A stretch of DNA of 64,000 bases from Octopus sinensis (taxonomy: Eukaryota). The stretch is from positions 18,724,001-18,788,000 of the forward strand of contig NC_042999.1 of NCBI RefSeq assembly GCF_006345805.1. Reading direction: 5' to 3'. The notes beneath the pieces are model-generated. The model was not told the origin of the DNA and ran no database searches. It saw only the letters and a list, made by a program, of their open reading frames with translations. Below are positions 14,411 to 26,435 of the stretch, in pieces. Numbering within the stretch: the first letter of the stretch is position 1; every line of letters begins with the position of its first letter. The position numbers were made by a program, and so were the translations under genes.

Positions 14411-14784
14411 ATGCGATAGAATATCAAGGCAGGTGTGATATATACCTTCAAATACATCCGTGGACTTACTTTGGTTGTATATCTCTCCTTAACTTCTTCA
14501 CTGATATCAAACGGGTAACAATATGAAAATAACATGATATATAATTACTCAATGTGCACACTATGTAGATAGTACGACGAACTAAAGTTACTATTCAGGT
14601 CAGTCTGATATTGAAGATGTATCAGAATTGCCAGGTGAATGTAAATAAAATTCAAAAGTTTAATTTAAAGTAAAACTGCGCAAATTTTGTATTCTTTAAT
14701 AACTGATGACGGAACGCTTGAATACAGTTACAGCGGAAAATGTTAGTATTGGGTTAGATCGTGCCGATTTTTAATTGAAAGAAA

Positions 14785-15050
14785 AAGGTCAATAAATACT
14801 TGCCATTATATTTTTTATCAACCAAATATGAACCATTTTATTGAACAATGCGTCTCCATCTTTCCTTTAACTTGAAAATAACCTCTTCCCAGAATTGAGG
14901 GGATTTCATAGCAAAGAATTCATCAAGGTATCTTTTTACGTCATCCAAGGAATTGAAATTTTTACCATGAAGTCTATTCTGCAGTGACCGGAATAAGTGG
15001 ACATCAGAAGGAGCAATATCTGGTGAATGTGGAGGGTGGGGTAACACACC
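14785..15050 (-). mobile_element. mariner transposase C-terminal remnant
   Basis: LPHPPHSPDIAPSDVHLFRSLQNRLHGKNFNSLDDVKRYLDEFF...KLKERWRRIVQ*NGSY carries the diagnostic HPPYSPDLAPSD motif of DD34D mariners. Confidence 0.92.
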
Positions 15051-15228
15051 TCAGCCGAGCTGCACCAAGGAATACCAAATAAACCACGTATACCTTGATA
15101 CAACTCAATCAACAAGAACTCACTACATGAATGGATCCTTCTTCCCCAAAACTTCACTTAAAAAGGATTTAGATAACCTATCAGGTGGTGCTATTAAGTT
15201 AGAAATCGACTATCTTAGTTTATCTGAG

Positions 15229-15270
<42 letters not shown>

Positions 15271-15284
15271 TGCATGTATCGTTG

Positions 15285-15620
15285 ACTGTGGCCAGGTTTT
15301 AGTCGAACAAAAATACCCCAGGACTGTCTTTATCCTATAGGTCTTTTTTCTAAACCACTAACTTGCGGGACGTAAACACACCAACATCGTTTGTCAAGCG
15401 GTGGTGGGGGAATCACAGACACACTGACACGCACACACACACACCATACATATATATACATACAACAGGCTTCTTTAAGTTTCCGCCTACCAAATCCACT
15501 TACAAGGCTTTGATCAGCCCCAAATTATATTAAATGATATTTGCCCAGGGCTCCATACAGTCGAACGCAAAAGGAAACCATGTGGTTGAGAAACAAGCTA
15601 CTTAACACACAGTTACGCCT
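15285..15620 (-). mobile_element. SINE family B copy (diverged)
   Basis: cgtaaacacaccaacatcg...ttccgcctaccaaatccacttacaaggctttg...ggaaaccatgtggttgag matches family B. Confidence 0.8.
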
Positions 15621-16375
15621 ACGCTTATGTATAAACATATATAAACATATGATTATATATTTATACATATTTATGTGTGCAAGTGTCTGTATATAAATAC
15701 ATAAATAGGTGTGTGAGTCTTTATGTGCGCATGTTTGTGGTTGTGCGTGTGCCACATAGTTTATCCCCACCGAATAAAATCCGCCAGATACGCACAATGT
15801 TTTGCAGAATGATCTATTTTATCTGATAAGAGAAATTAGATTTAAGACTTGGAAAGATAAATTGTGTCGGACATAAAGAGAAGAATTCGTGTGATAAGGA
15901 ACTTAAATGCAGTTTACAGGCATTCTGATAAACCGAAAGATCTATATGAGAGCGACAAAAATTTTACATTCGGCTGAGTCTTATCGCAGACCATCAAAAG
16001 TATGTACAACTAGACAACATGAGAGATGTCGAATGATATAAATATCCATGGAGAAAAGATTACTTTCAAATTAAATATCGACAAGCAAACAAGCTGAATC
16101 CCTTAATCCTACGCAGTTAGGTTTCTCTTTTAAGTGATGTTTAATCAACGTTGGTAATAGCAGATCTATGGCATCTTCCAAACTTACCTAAACTGCGTAT
16201 GATATATTAACATGGCGTACGATATATTAAAAATGGTTTCTCTGCGTGTAATATAATATGAAGGTTTTCACTTTGTTTGCATATTTAGCTATAATTTTAT
16301 TGGTCCGTCAGTAAATCAATGTGTATACATTATATGCTGTGTGTAGGAATGATTGTATAAGGTATTAGATTTTCA

Positions 16376-16452
<77 letters not shown>

Positions 16453-16455
<3 letters not shown>

Positions 16456-16726
16456 TCTCTAGTTTCAGCTCAGAGCTGCGGCGATGCTGATGCACCGCTG
16501 TTTTGTTACACTGTTATTAGTAAGAGCCTCCTCTAATATGTGGCACTTGATGATGAATAGAGTTTGATATAGCAACCCACATTTGCACCTCTTGCCGTGA
16601 GGTAGGTTCATCTGGGATTCTTGACAGAAGATGTCCAGCTTTGATTTAAAAACCGCTACATCTACCTTGTGCAAGTTCCTCAGACTCTTTGGGAGAATAT
16701 TAAAAAGCTGTATGCCCTTGAAACCC
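16453..16726 (-). mobile_element. CR1-like LINE 3' end (ORF2 C-terminus + 3' tail)
   Basis: GFKGIQLFNILPKSLRNLHKVDVAVFKSKLDIF / LSRIPDEPTSRQEVQM..ISNSIHHQ matches G..LFN.LP..LR....FK..LD.FL..IPD.P...SNSL..Q. Flanked by (TA)n on both sides. Confidence 0.85.
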
Positions 16727-16775
<49 letters not shown>

Positions 16776-16776
<1 letters not shown>

Positions 16777-18466
16777 TAGCATTATGACCCGTCGTTGCCG
16801 GGTCATAGTGCTAGTGTGTACATATTACTTGTACATCAATATATATACATCTACACATAAAATACAAAATACAAAGTTATATCTTGCTATCGCTAGTGAT
16901 AACAATACTAAAAATATATAACAGACTGAAATAGTAGGCCCGTCTCTTGTAAATTTGATCAATTATATCTTGTTCTCCTTCATGTATAGAAGTGTGGCTA
17001 CAATCCAGCCTACCTCTACTTCTGGGGGAGTATTTTAATTTTTATCCGGGACGTCCTACGTCCTAGATATAAAGGTAAGAACAAAATATTTCCACTTTGC
17101 AAGGTTCAAGTTCAGTACTCCCCTACACGCTCGGTTGACTCGAACCTTGCTTCTATTGTGGCGAATTTACCACCTTTGGTTAGACACTTGATATCTTTCA
17201 TAGTCGTACCAAGACACTTTTCGGTGGTACTTTCCTCCAGGTGTTGAAATATTTTTTCTCTCTACATTGTATACTTTATAGACAATAGTCTTTTCTTTAA
17301 TTCAATTTTTTATTTCGTTTGGTGGTGTTATTCTAGATTCACTGTCTTTGTCGGTGATTAATCCGAAATAGGTTTGTATTTCTTCCATTTTAATTTTAAT
17401 GAGTTCGCGCCCGCCGACAGCTGCAGCGAAATTCATTTTTGGACTTTCTTCTATCGAAGTCATTTTAACAAAAATGCTTCCGTATAAACGGTGAAAATAT
17501 TTTCAATTTCCCCTAACAGGGACACAATTCAATTTTAAAACAATAACCAAAGCTCCTTCTCACAAAGGGGGAGAGTTACGGTTTATAATTATTTAAAAAA
17601 TGCAACACAACAACGTTTCCCTTTCGAGGAACCAACCAATGTGAATACAATAGTCAAATAGTAATAATAATAACAACAAACCTTACGGTGAATCAAAAAG
17701 CAGTACGCAGTTGAAGCTATAGTTCTGTATGTATAAGATATAAACCAACAGCAGTACTAATGTAGAAGCGGCTTTCCGAGAAAACAGACATTACATACAG
17801 CCAAACGTCATATAGATACTTAATGCTAGCTAATTAGCAGATAATCTAATGTAAACTTCATGGTAAAAGGTATGTGCACAGCTCCACCTGGACTATTCCA
17901 TTTCTGCACACTAATTTTATTTTTAATTTATTCCCATTCATGTGAAACCACTTATTCAAGTTCAAGTCATTGAGGCAATTTTATACCAATTGCTATTTTT
18001 ACCTTTGTTATGTTACGATTTAATTATCATATTATACTTTAGTCTGATTTTAATTATTACTTACTACATATAAATCAATTGTTATTATTATCTCTAATTT
18101 TTATTGTTAAAGTGAAAGTATCTGACATAAAATAAAGAAATGTCTTTTTTTATATTGCTATGGGCTCGCTCTAGGCAAGATGTTGAACGTTTGTTTTTTG
18201 CCCATGAAACTACATGGAGCCTAAATAAGGCATGTGTAAAATTTTAATGAAATCGGTTGTGTAGTTCTCATGTTTTAGGGAATCATAATGGAGAAGATAT
18301 GATATTGCTGTGGGCTCGCCCTAGGCAAAATGTTAAACATTTTTGCCGAGGACACTCCCCGGACACTAAGTAAGGCATGTGTAAAATTTGAATGAAATTG
18401 GTTGTGTAGTTCTCAAGTTTTAGGGAAACACACAGACAGACACACATTCTTAGTTTTATATATACA
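16776..18466 (-). mobile_element. Non-autonomous Helitron (~1.7 kb) with internal ~150 bp tandem duplication
   Basis: The minus-strand 3' end has a hairpin (actagcattatgacccg / cgggtcatagtgctagt, 16775-16815) ending CTAG|T. The 5' end a|tgtatatataaaactaagaatgtgtgtc resembles the TC-TATATA Helitron start with one change. The subterminal block (acagacagacacac; gtgtaaaatttgaatgaaattgg) parallels the element at 23829. Repeat units lie at 18155-18290 and 18302-18430. Confidence 0.7.
16960..17463 (-). pseudogene. Tx1/L1-like ORF1 N-terminal fragment inside the Helitron
   Basis: MTSIEESPKMNFAAAVGGRELIKIKMEEIQTYFGLITD...; after a frameshift, KCLTKGGKFATIEARFES...LFLPLYLGRRTSRIKIK..PEVEVGWIVATL. FAAAV and P.Y.GRR..RI.I..P are typical of RRM-type L1/Tx1 ORF1. 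Recognised from memory, not by search. Confidence 0.5.
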
Positions 18467-18489
18467 TATATATATATATTATAATATAT

Positions 18490-18700
18490 TAAATTAGAGA
18501 TAAAACCAGAATTAGGCAAATCAAACAATGAAAAACATAAGCCAATACATAAAATTAATTACTTTATATTATTTTAAATATATCAAAAGTATTAAAAGTT
18601 TAATAAAAGATAAAGAGTAAAACACTACGATCGTTTCATGGCTGTACAGTTCGTAATAATTCGAGTTATGGTTACAGTCAATCTTCAGGTTAATTCAAAT
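18490..18700 (-). mobile_element. Penelope-LTR-like repeat with hammerhead-like core
   Basis: Minus strand carries CTGAAGA...GAAACGATCGTA. Start (attagagataaaacc...caaacaat) and end (gtcaatcttcaggttaa) are shared with 52150-52320. Confidence 0.5.
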
Positions 18701-18877
18701 TAGCGAGAGATTATCAATAGTGACAAACTACTTTATAAATTCTTTGTTCGTACTCGAGTCTCAAAAGATTGTTCAGATTGGGAGAAAAACTGCACGTACT
18801 CTTGTAGCGGTGTCCGAGGTTACAGCTCTTCACCATTCTATGATGTAATGCGTAAATGTTCACTTCTCTGTTCCTCA

Positions 18878-18920
<43 letters not shown>

Positions 18921-19452
18921 GCGATATTACACACATACATTACACACACACATACATACACATACACATATATATGTATGTATATATATATATGTGTGTG
19001 TGTTTGTGTATGTGTGTTTGTATGTATTTATACATATACGTACCTACATACATATATATTTATATATACCAGATGAGGCTCATAAATGCGAAACAAGATG
19101 GGAAAATAGTACCCAGTTACCGGAGGTAGAGTAATATGCTTTACCAAAATGCAGCAAAAATATCACAAAACTGTCGGATGAATTGTACATCTAAGTGAAA
19201 GAGTCACACTTCCTAAACAAAACTGTATTGTCTCGTTCGAAGAATTACACTGAGGTTACACCTTTTTGTAAAATGTTTGGCATAATTCGCTATAATTCTG
19301 TCTATAAGGTAGTTTGTTTATTCAAGCAAGTGTATGAATGCGTGTGAGCATGCCTATGTGTGTTTGTGTGTGTGTATGCGCAGCTAAGACTAGTAAGATT
19401 GCTACTTTATGCATAGTGACTGTTACCTAAGTATATTTCAGTGTACTAAAAT

Positions 19453-19677
19453 CGTAAGTTCATGGCAAACCAATCATCCTGCGATAATATATTATCAATA
19501 ACACCATCGAAATAATATGCGTAAAGATCTTATAAAGGTCTTAGTATTTCAAATTAATATACAAAGGAATCTCATTTATTTTAACGTATAGCTCACTACA
19601 TAACATACATTACATTGAATTATCTCCTCTCCTGATAGCCTGACCTGATAGCCTAGTTTCTTCTTAGCTAGGTGGCA
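19453..19677 (+). repeat. Left arm of ~225 bp inverted repeat (partner 21088-21317)
   Basis: Its reverse complement aligns to 21088-21317 with scattered substitutions and one short divergent patch (about 90% by eye). Confidence 0.9.
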
Positions 19678-20762
19678 TACAGACTCATCAAAGTTTACGA
19701 ATTTCAATGCATAATATTTGTGGTTATCAAGACATTTTTTCTTTAATCTTTGTGTTTTCTACTATATACAGTAAATTTAAGTATTGCAGTTTGATTAAAG
19801 GAAAAAGTATATAATTCTCGTAAATGTCGTTTGTTCTTTTACAGGGTAGCTTAAAATAATAAAGAATCGGTATTTAATTTATTGATCTAGTATCGATGCA
19901 ACGCGAATTTCAACTAGGGTGAATCTGAATGCACTTGATGAAGAGTAGTAAATTACTGCGAGCTTATCATAAACAGATGCCTCGTTTCTCTCAAAACATG
20001 TCAATAACCTTTCTATCCCCATTCCTGCTCCACGTAAATGCCTCAAGTGCACTGTAGTTACACTCTGTAGTTACACAAAAAAAAAACAGAGAATGAATCT
20101 TCTGTAGTTACACAAAAAAAAAACAGAGAATGAATCTTCTTTCTCGAAAATTGCTTCCGTCAAATCGGTCTTTTAAAAAGTAAAGATCTTGAAATGAAAT
20201 ATTTGTAATATTTTTATAATTTTATAAGTATTAAGAAAGTCATCGTTATATGTTAGATTCGTGCTTGAATGCTATCGAAAATAGATAAAGTCGAAATCTG
20301 AAGTGTTTGTATTGACAATAACTGTCCGAGACAAATGAACTGATTGAAGTCTACTCTCGCTAAATGTCGATAAAAATATGAAGAGGTAATTGTGGTCGGC
20401 CATTGAAATATTTGTAAGCTGGATAAATGGTAATATCCGCTATTGTACTTTTTTATGATGACCGAAAAAAGAGAGGATGTGATAAATAATGTAGACAGTA
20501 ATGAAGAGGAGGTTGTTAAGAGATGAAAACTGCTTCGGATTAAAAAAAAACAAATAAAAAACATCATAACTATATCAGTCTGTACCAAATTATATATATA
20601 TATATAGAGAGAGAGAGAGTGAGAGAGAGATTTCTGTTTTATATATTTATATATATATATATGCAGATATAGATTTATATATACATATGTATGTATATTA
20701 ATATATACGCATATATGTATATATGCATGTATATCTATCTATCTATCTATATATATATATGC

Positions 20763-20793
<31 letters not shown>

Positions 20794-20806
20794 TTATATA
20801 CGTACT

Positions 20807-20838
<32 letters not shown>

Positions 20839-20850
20839 CATATATGTATG

Positions 20851-20886
<36 letters not shown>

Positions 20887-21087
20887 CATATGCACCCACA
20901 CATATATACATATAAAAGTATTACTTGATTAGTAAGTAAAATTTGTTTGAAGCGCCATAGTTTCAGTTAAAGTTTTGTGGGCAGATATGAAACCACCCGC
21001 CCCCAAAAAAATTTGAGTCCCTGAAAAACAAAGTCAATTCAGCCTGGAACGTTCAACTGCTACTGAAGTAAATGAAATGTTGACACG

Positions 21088-21317
21088 TGCCATCTAGCTA
21101 AGAAGAAACTAGGTTATCAGGTTAGGCTCCTTGTTTTAGAGAGGAGATAATTCAATGTAATGCATGTTATGTAGTGAGCTATACATTAAAATAAATGAGA
21201 TTCCTTTGTATATTAATTTGAAATACTAAGACCTTTGTAAGAACTTTACGCATATTATTTCGATGGTGTTATTGATAATATATTATTGCAGGATGATTGG
21301 TTTGCCATGAACTTACG
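21088..21317 (-). repeat. Right arm of ~225 bp inverted repeat (partner 19453-19677)
   Basis: tgccatctagctaagaagaaactagg...ggatgattggtttgccatgaacttacg is the reverse complement of the left arm. Confidence 0.9.
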
Positions 21318-21972
21318 GAACGGGAGACAAAGATACTGAAATAGGTTTTAAGGTTTAGGCCATGTTTTGGTAAATATATGTACTGAATTTTTTTATAGCA
21401 GTAGTGAAATTATAATAGCAAGGCTTAACTAGACATTGCATGAATATTGGTCTAATAAAGGGCGGAAATCGCAACCAATAGCTAGTAAATATTAAAAAGT
21501 GAATTTTAAATATAATGAATGCGTAAAATATTAAAAATGTGTAAAAGATGTATGTGTAAACGATTACAACCTGGTAAACGAATATTTAATTATTTCGCTG
21601 ATAAAAGTTTTAATAGTGAAAGATAAAAAAGAAGTGAGAAAATGAATTGAAAACTATAATATACGTTGGGAAACATATTAAATGAAAGTAAAAATACGGA
21701 GTAAACTTTGTATGTTGGAATGGTATGAAAAATACGTGGAGAGAATAAAATACAACATAACTATTATCGTAAGATTATAATTAATCTGAAAAATGCTCGC
21801 TAACAGTTTTCCAATTTTACTTAATGAAATTCTGATTTCCATATTTTAGACATACTAAATTTGACTGCTAATGAGGAATTACTTAAAATCATGGGCTTAC
21901 TCTAAAAACGCGTGACTAGAATTTTGATTGCATGGAGTAATCTAATTCTTAGTGAGTAAACTGAATATATTT

Positions 21973-22105
21973 TCAAATGAGGACGGTTGATTTGATGGCA
22001 CCTGTGAAGATGTTAGCGGACCTAACGATTGTTATCGTAATAGTGATTAACAGAATGCAGATGAAAACGGTGTACATGCCCACAAATTTTAATGCCGCCT
22101 GACAT
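21973..22105 (-). CDS. Candidate terminal coding exon with a hydrophobic/TM-like segment (unassigned gene)
   Basis: Good acceptor (ttatcattactctcatcattatagttttccAG) followed by an open frame CQAALKFVGMYTVFICILLITITITIVRSANIFTGAIKSTVLI*. No family recognised and no linked upstream exon established. Confidence 0.25.
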
Positions 22106-23828
22106 CTGGAAAACTATAATGATGAGAGTAATGATAATTAATTTAACAGGTATATGTGCATGTATTGAATAATGAAAGTGGATATTAGCCAAACGTGTGA
22201 ATGAGTGCAATTCAGTTGCTATGAAGTGCAATTATTGATTTAATGAAATTAATATCCCATAATCTTTTACATTGTTTAGGATATTGGCGATAAAATCCTG
22301 TTTCATACAACTTTGAAGTGAAAGCGGTTCATCATCAGTGAACGAATGCTTAGCGTTAAATTCTAAGCATTAAATAACGACTAAATATAAAGTGATTTAG
22401 TTAAAAGTGTAAAGTATCTAACGTTAATGTAATATTTTGAAAAGAAAAACATTTAAGGAGTTTAAAACCTCCTACACTATTTTTCTTTTCAAATATTAAT
22501 CTAAATTGGACGAATGCAAAGGAAACAAAACGCATTAAGTATAACAGTCTCTATATGATATATCGCCCATCTGTTGTCGGGATACTTGTATAGATTTATA
22601 GCAGCGAGAAGAGGATTAAACCGCCTAGTTAATTGTCGCAATATTACAAAAACTTAAATTTACAAAGTACAATGAATTGTTTTCGAATATTTGACCTCAA
22701 CAGCTTAATTCATAAAGAAGACAATGCTAAGAAGTATTAGTTTGCTTTGTACTTATATTCTCAAGGCATAATCTGGCATCCAGATATAAAGAAATGCTTA
22801 TAATGTGCATCGAATTGTTGTCACAGTGGTCGTTTATTAGAGATTTATGGAGCTGAAAATATATATTCAAATATCTAGGTTTGTCTATGAGCACGTGTTT
22901 ATTTTCACCTGCCATTTTATGTTGATGCCTTGTTTAGGAGACGAAGAGCCTTAGTATCAGACATCAAATATTGTAGTAACCTGAGATTTTTACTCCAATG
23001 AAACTTAAGAACACTTGTTTAATTAAAAATTTGTTGCTTTAGGAATAAAAATAATAAGAATAATACAATGCAAGGAACTGCAACAAAATGTAAACAGCAA
23101 TGTATACTTAATTTTTATACAGTCTTCTTAAAATCAGTATATTAATTAAATAATTTAGAATTTGTGCGTTCCAAATTTTATGCTACGACGCTAATTTATA
23201 TCTTCGAAATTGCAAACTCGATTCGCTTTTTCGCTTTAAATCATTAGTTCCCAATCAATCTTACTCTCTTAATCGGTTTCAACTAAAATATATGATGAGT
23301 TACATGTTATCATTTCAATATATTTATCTTAAATACAAAGATGCGTGCTTGTAAACATAATTAATGAACATGTGGTTTGTTCCAATATTTATAGTTTTAG
23401 TCATACATTCAGATATAAAGATACCAAAGCCACACCAGGATACACAAATGTCGATTAAAACAGTACACTATGCAGGAACAGATGTAGAAGAAAGAAATCT
23501 TATAAAATTATTGAAGTAAAATACTTAGATAAAGAGTCAGGAAATTTGTTTTAAGAACATACGTGGGGGTGTATGAAAAGTTTTGATCCTTCAAGGCATT
23601 TGAGCCTAGAAGTATTGAACATTCATCATCACACGTCTTGTACCATGTATTTTTGTTTTGTTTTTTGAGGTTCAAGTCTTTTCATACATCTCTCGTACAT
23701 GATTCTCTTTTCTTAATCAAAAAGAAAACGAATCCAGCTATGCTGATCGCAGGTTTGAAATCATTTCACGTATACGTATGTGGCTGCACGTGTATGCGTG
23801 TGTATATGCATTCGTATATATATTCATA

Positions 23829-24211
23829 CTAGCAGTATCGCCCGGCGTTGCTCAGGTTTGTAAGGGAAATAACTATAAAGCATTTTTAGAGAGTTATAGC
23901 CAAAAAACAGCAAAAAAATGGAAAAAAATGATGGTAAATTTTTTTTTTAGTTAAAAAAGGTGGAGTTGCGTCCCTTAGACAGTTTGCGGTTTGTGTTTCT
24001 GATTCTCGACCCCATGTCGAATTTATCGATTTTTTTCAGAACTGGGGGAACTTTTCAAAATTTTCGCTGCGTTAGTTTTGAATTATGACATTGGGCTATG
24101 TGTGTGTCAAGTTTCATCAGAATCGGTTGAAAGCCGTGGTCAGGGTGAGGGTACAAGCAAACAGACACACAGAAACACGCACAGACAAACTGCTGTTTAT
24201 ATAGAGAGAGA
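23829..24211 (-). mobile_element. Non-autonomous Helitron (383 bp) with canonical ends
   Basis: Minus strand: A|TCtctctctatataaa at the 5' end, and a subterminal GC hairpin (cctgagcaacgccggg) followed by CTAG|T at the 3' end; inserted between A and T with no TSD. Confidence 0.85.
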
Positions 24212-25289
24212 TTTTAGGTGCCATCATGATTCTCAAAATTAATATTATAATTACTTTCATGGTAATTCTATCCACAGTTTTTTTTCCATTATTTCATCAA
24301 GTACGTCACTACTTTCGCACTCTTCTTAATTTAAACAGACATTATGACGCTCAACTTGTGAGCCATCATTGTTTTTGTCAAGTTGCTATTGTAGCTAGCC
24401 TCTATTTGCAACACTAGTATGCAGCATGTATTTTTCCGTATAATCTAATAATGAGTTAGATTATCTAACTTCTGCATTTTCGGCTATATATTCAGCAAAT
24501 TTTCTTATATTGACATTTACAATGTATGCAACTATCATACACTATTTAATTCTTTACTTTAATTTGTATTTCTTAGATAAAAAAAAAACACTTTTCATAA
24601 CGTCAGCATATTCTTCCGTGTGCATTCATAGAATACTCTACAGTGAATAGAGATTTTTTAATACGTATCTCAGTCATTATGTCTCATTTCTTATATAATT
24701 TTCGTAGATATTTTAAGATATAATTTTAATACGTATCTTTCCGGTATTATGTAACATTTAGCTATTTTCTGGAACACTCTCTTCAGTTCGTTCATGAAAT
24801 AAAAATTTCAACTTTTATGTCAGATCACATGGTGATTTTAAAAGCCTGTGTGACGTAGAATTTGGGGATTTTTATAAGGAACTGAACATTTTAATTGCTC
24901 TAGTAAATTATGAGAATTTCTCCGGCAATCTGAAAGAATACGCGGGTTTTAAACAGAGAACCTAAACTGTGTATCAGCGGAAAATTGTGACGTAGAAAAT
25001 ATAATCTATAACACAGGACAGTATTTTCCAGCCACAAGGATTCCTCTCTTGATGAATACGTTTCAGCGTTACATACCAACCATAACATATGTTGCACAGA
25101 ACGAATCAAAATGACACATCCTCAAATTCTATTCAGTTTTCTAAAATATTTTCGTCCCTATCGTCTCAATAAAACTATTGTTAACCTTAATCTGGGCTAT
25201 TGGATATTTATTGTTATTTTTAGTTTGGCTATCAAAGATATAATCAATTTATTGAAGTTTACTTTTTAAGAAAACACTAATGACATATA

Positions 25290-25326
<37 letters not shown>

Positions 25327-25414
25327 TGATTGACCGCTGGCCACTCAGGGTTTTTTTAGGCACTCTCTGTTTCTTTTCTGGTGTTCCTTTCTATATATAT
25401 ATATATATATATGC

Positions 25415-25466
<52 letters not shown>

Positions 25467-26346
25467 TATATATATACAGATAGATACATAGAGGGAGAGA
25501 TAGAGAGAGCATGTTTGTGTGAGATAAAGAGAGAAAGTGGTACAGAATGTAGGAGCAGGTGTCGCTGTATGGTTAAAGAGATCAATTTTTAACCACATGG
25601 TTTTGAGTTGCACACTGGTCAAGTATCCTAAAGTTCATATGTACAGGAAACAAAACACAAATACAGATGAGAGAACAACAGGGGAGTGTGTTAGTTTGAC
25701 GTCCGGGAAGAATGGAAAAGTCTTTGACGTTACGAACCTACGCCCTTCAACTATAACACTAAGATTACCAATCACTTTTCAGTGAACTTGATAGACGAAA
25801 CCTCTGTAGAAGTCCATCCTACATACATGTGTCTGTGTCTTTCTCTCTGACGTAATTCTGCGTAGCTTTACAATCGGTATTTTCTTTTTCACGTTTCTGT
25901 AATCTAACAGTTCGGCTAAAGAAATGATAAAATAAGTACCGCACTTAGGGAAAAGAAAGGAGGAATATTGGGGTCAAATGATTGAAAGTTAAAACGTACA
26001 TGTATAGCGGAGTGGATTATATCATCAAGGAGTTCAGCGGTAAATGTTTTGTAGAATTCCAGCCCAGTAAATGAAAGTAGGAATAAGTAAATACGTTTCT
26101 TGTATACATACAAAATATCAAATGAATCTTAATTTAATGCATTTGATTTTCTTTTCTCATCCAAGACAAGGATGGCTATTGTCTGTTCGCAGGATAATGC
26201 AGACGTTATGTAAGAATGTTTCTAATTTGAAAGTATGATTGTTCTTCATACATCGCCTTTGATGACTAAGTCATCTTCTCCTAAATATTGAAACCTAAGT
26301 AAATTGTGTCTGCTTAATGTATTCGCATTCGAAAGAGTTACTATTG

Positions 26347-26348
26347 TA

Positions 26349-26416
<68 letters not shown>

Positions 26417-26435
26417 CATCATTATTATTATTAAT
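26347..26435. repeat. (TAT)n microsatellite
   Basis: Directly visible. Confidence 0.95.

Noticed and set aside
14700-14735. CTGATGA flanked by taactg/cagtta
   Set aside because: No stem II or GAAA in the required register.
18721-18850. Plus-strand AG/GT-bounded open frame DKLLYKFFVRTRVSKDCSDWEKNCTYSCSG...
   Set aside because: Cys-containing but no recognisable family spacing, weak splice sites and no linked exons.
19066-19115. cAGATGA-ggc..gc-GAAAC, hammerhead-like
   Set aside because: U4 is replaced, there is no palindromic stem III or NUH triplet, and no stem I; at most a decayed relic.
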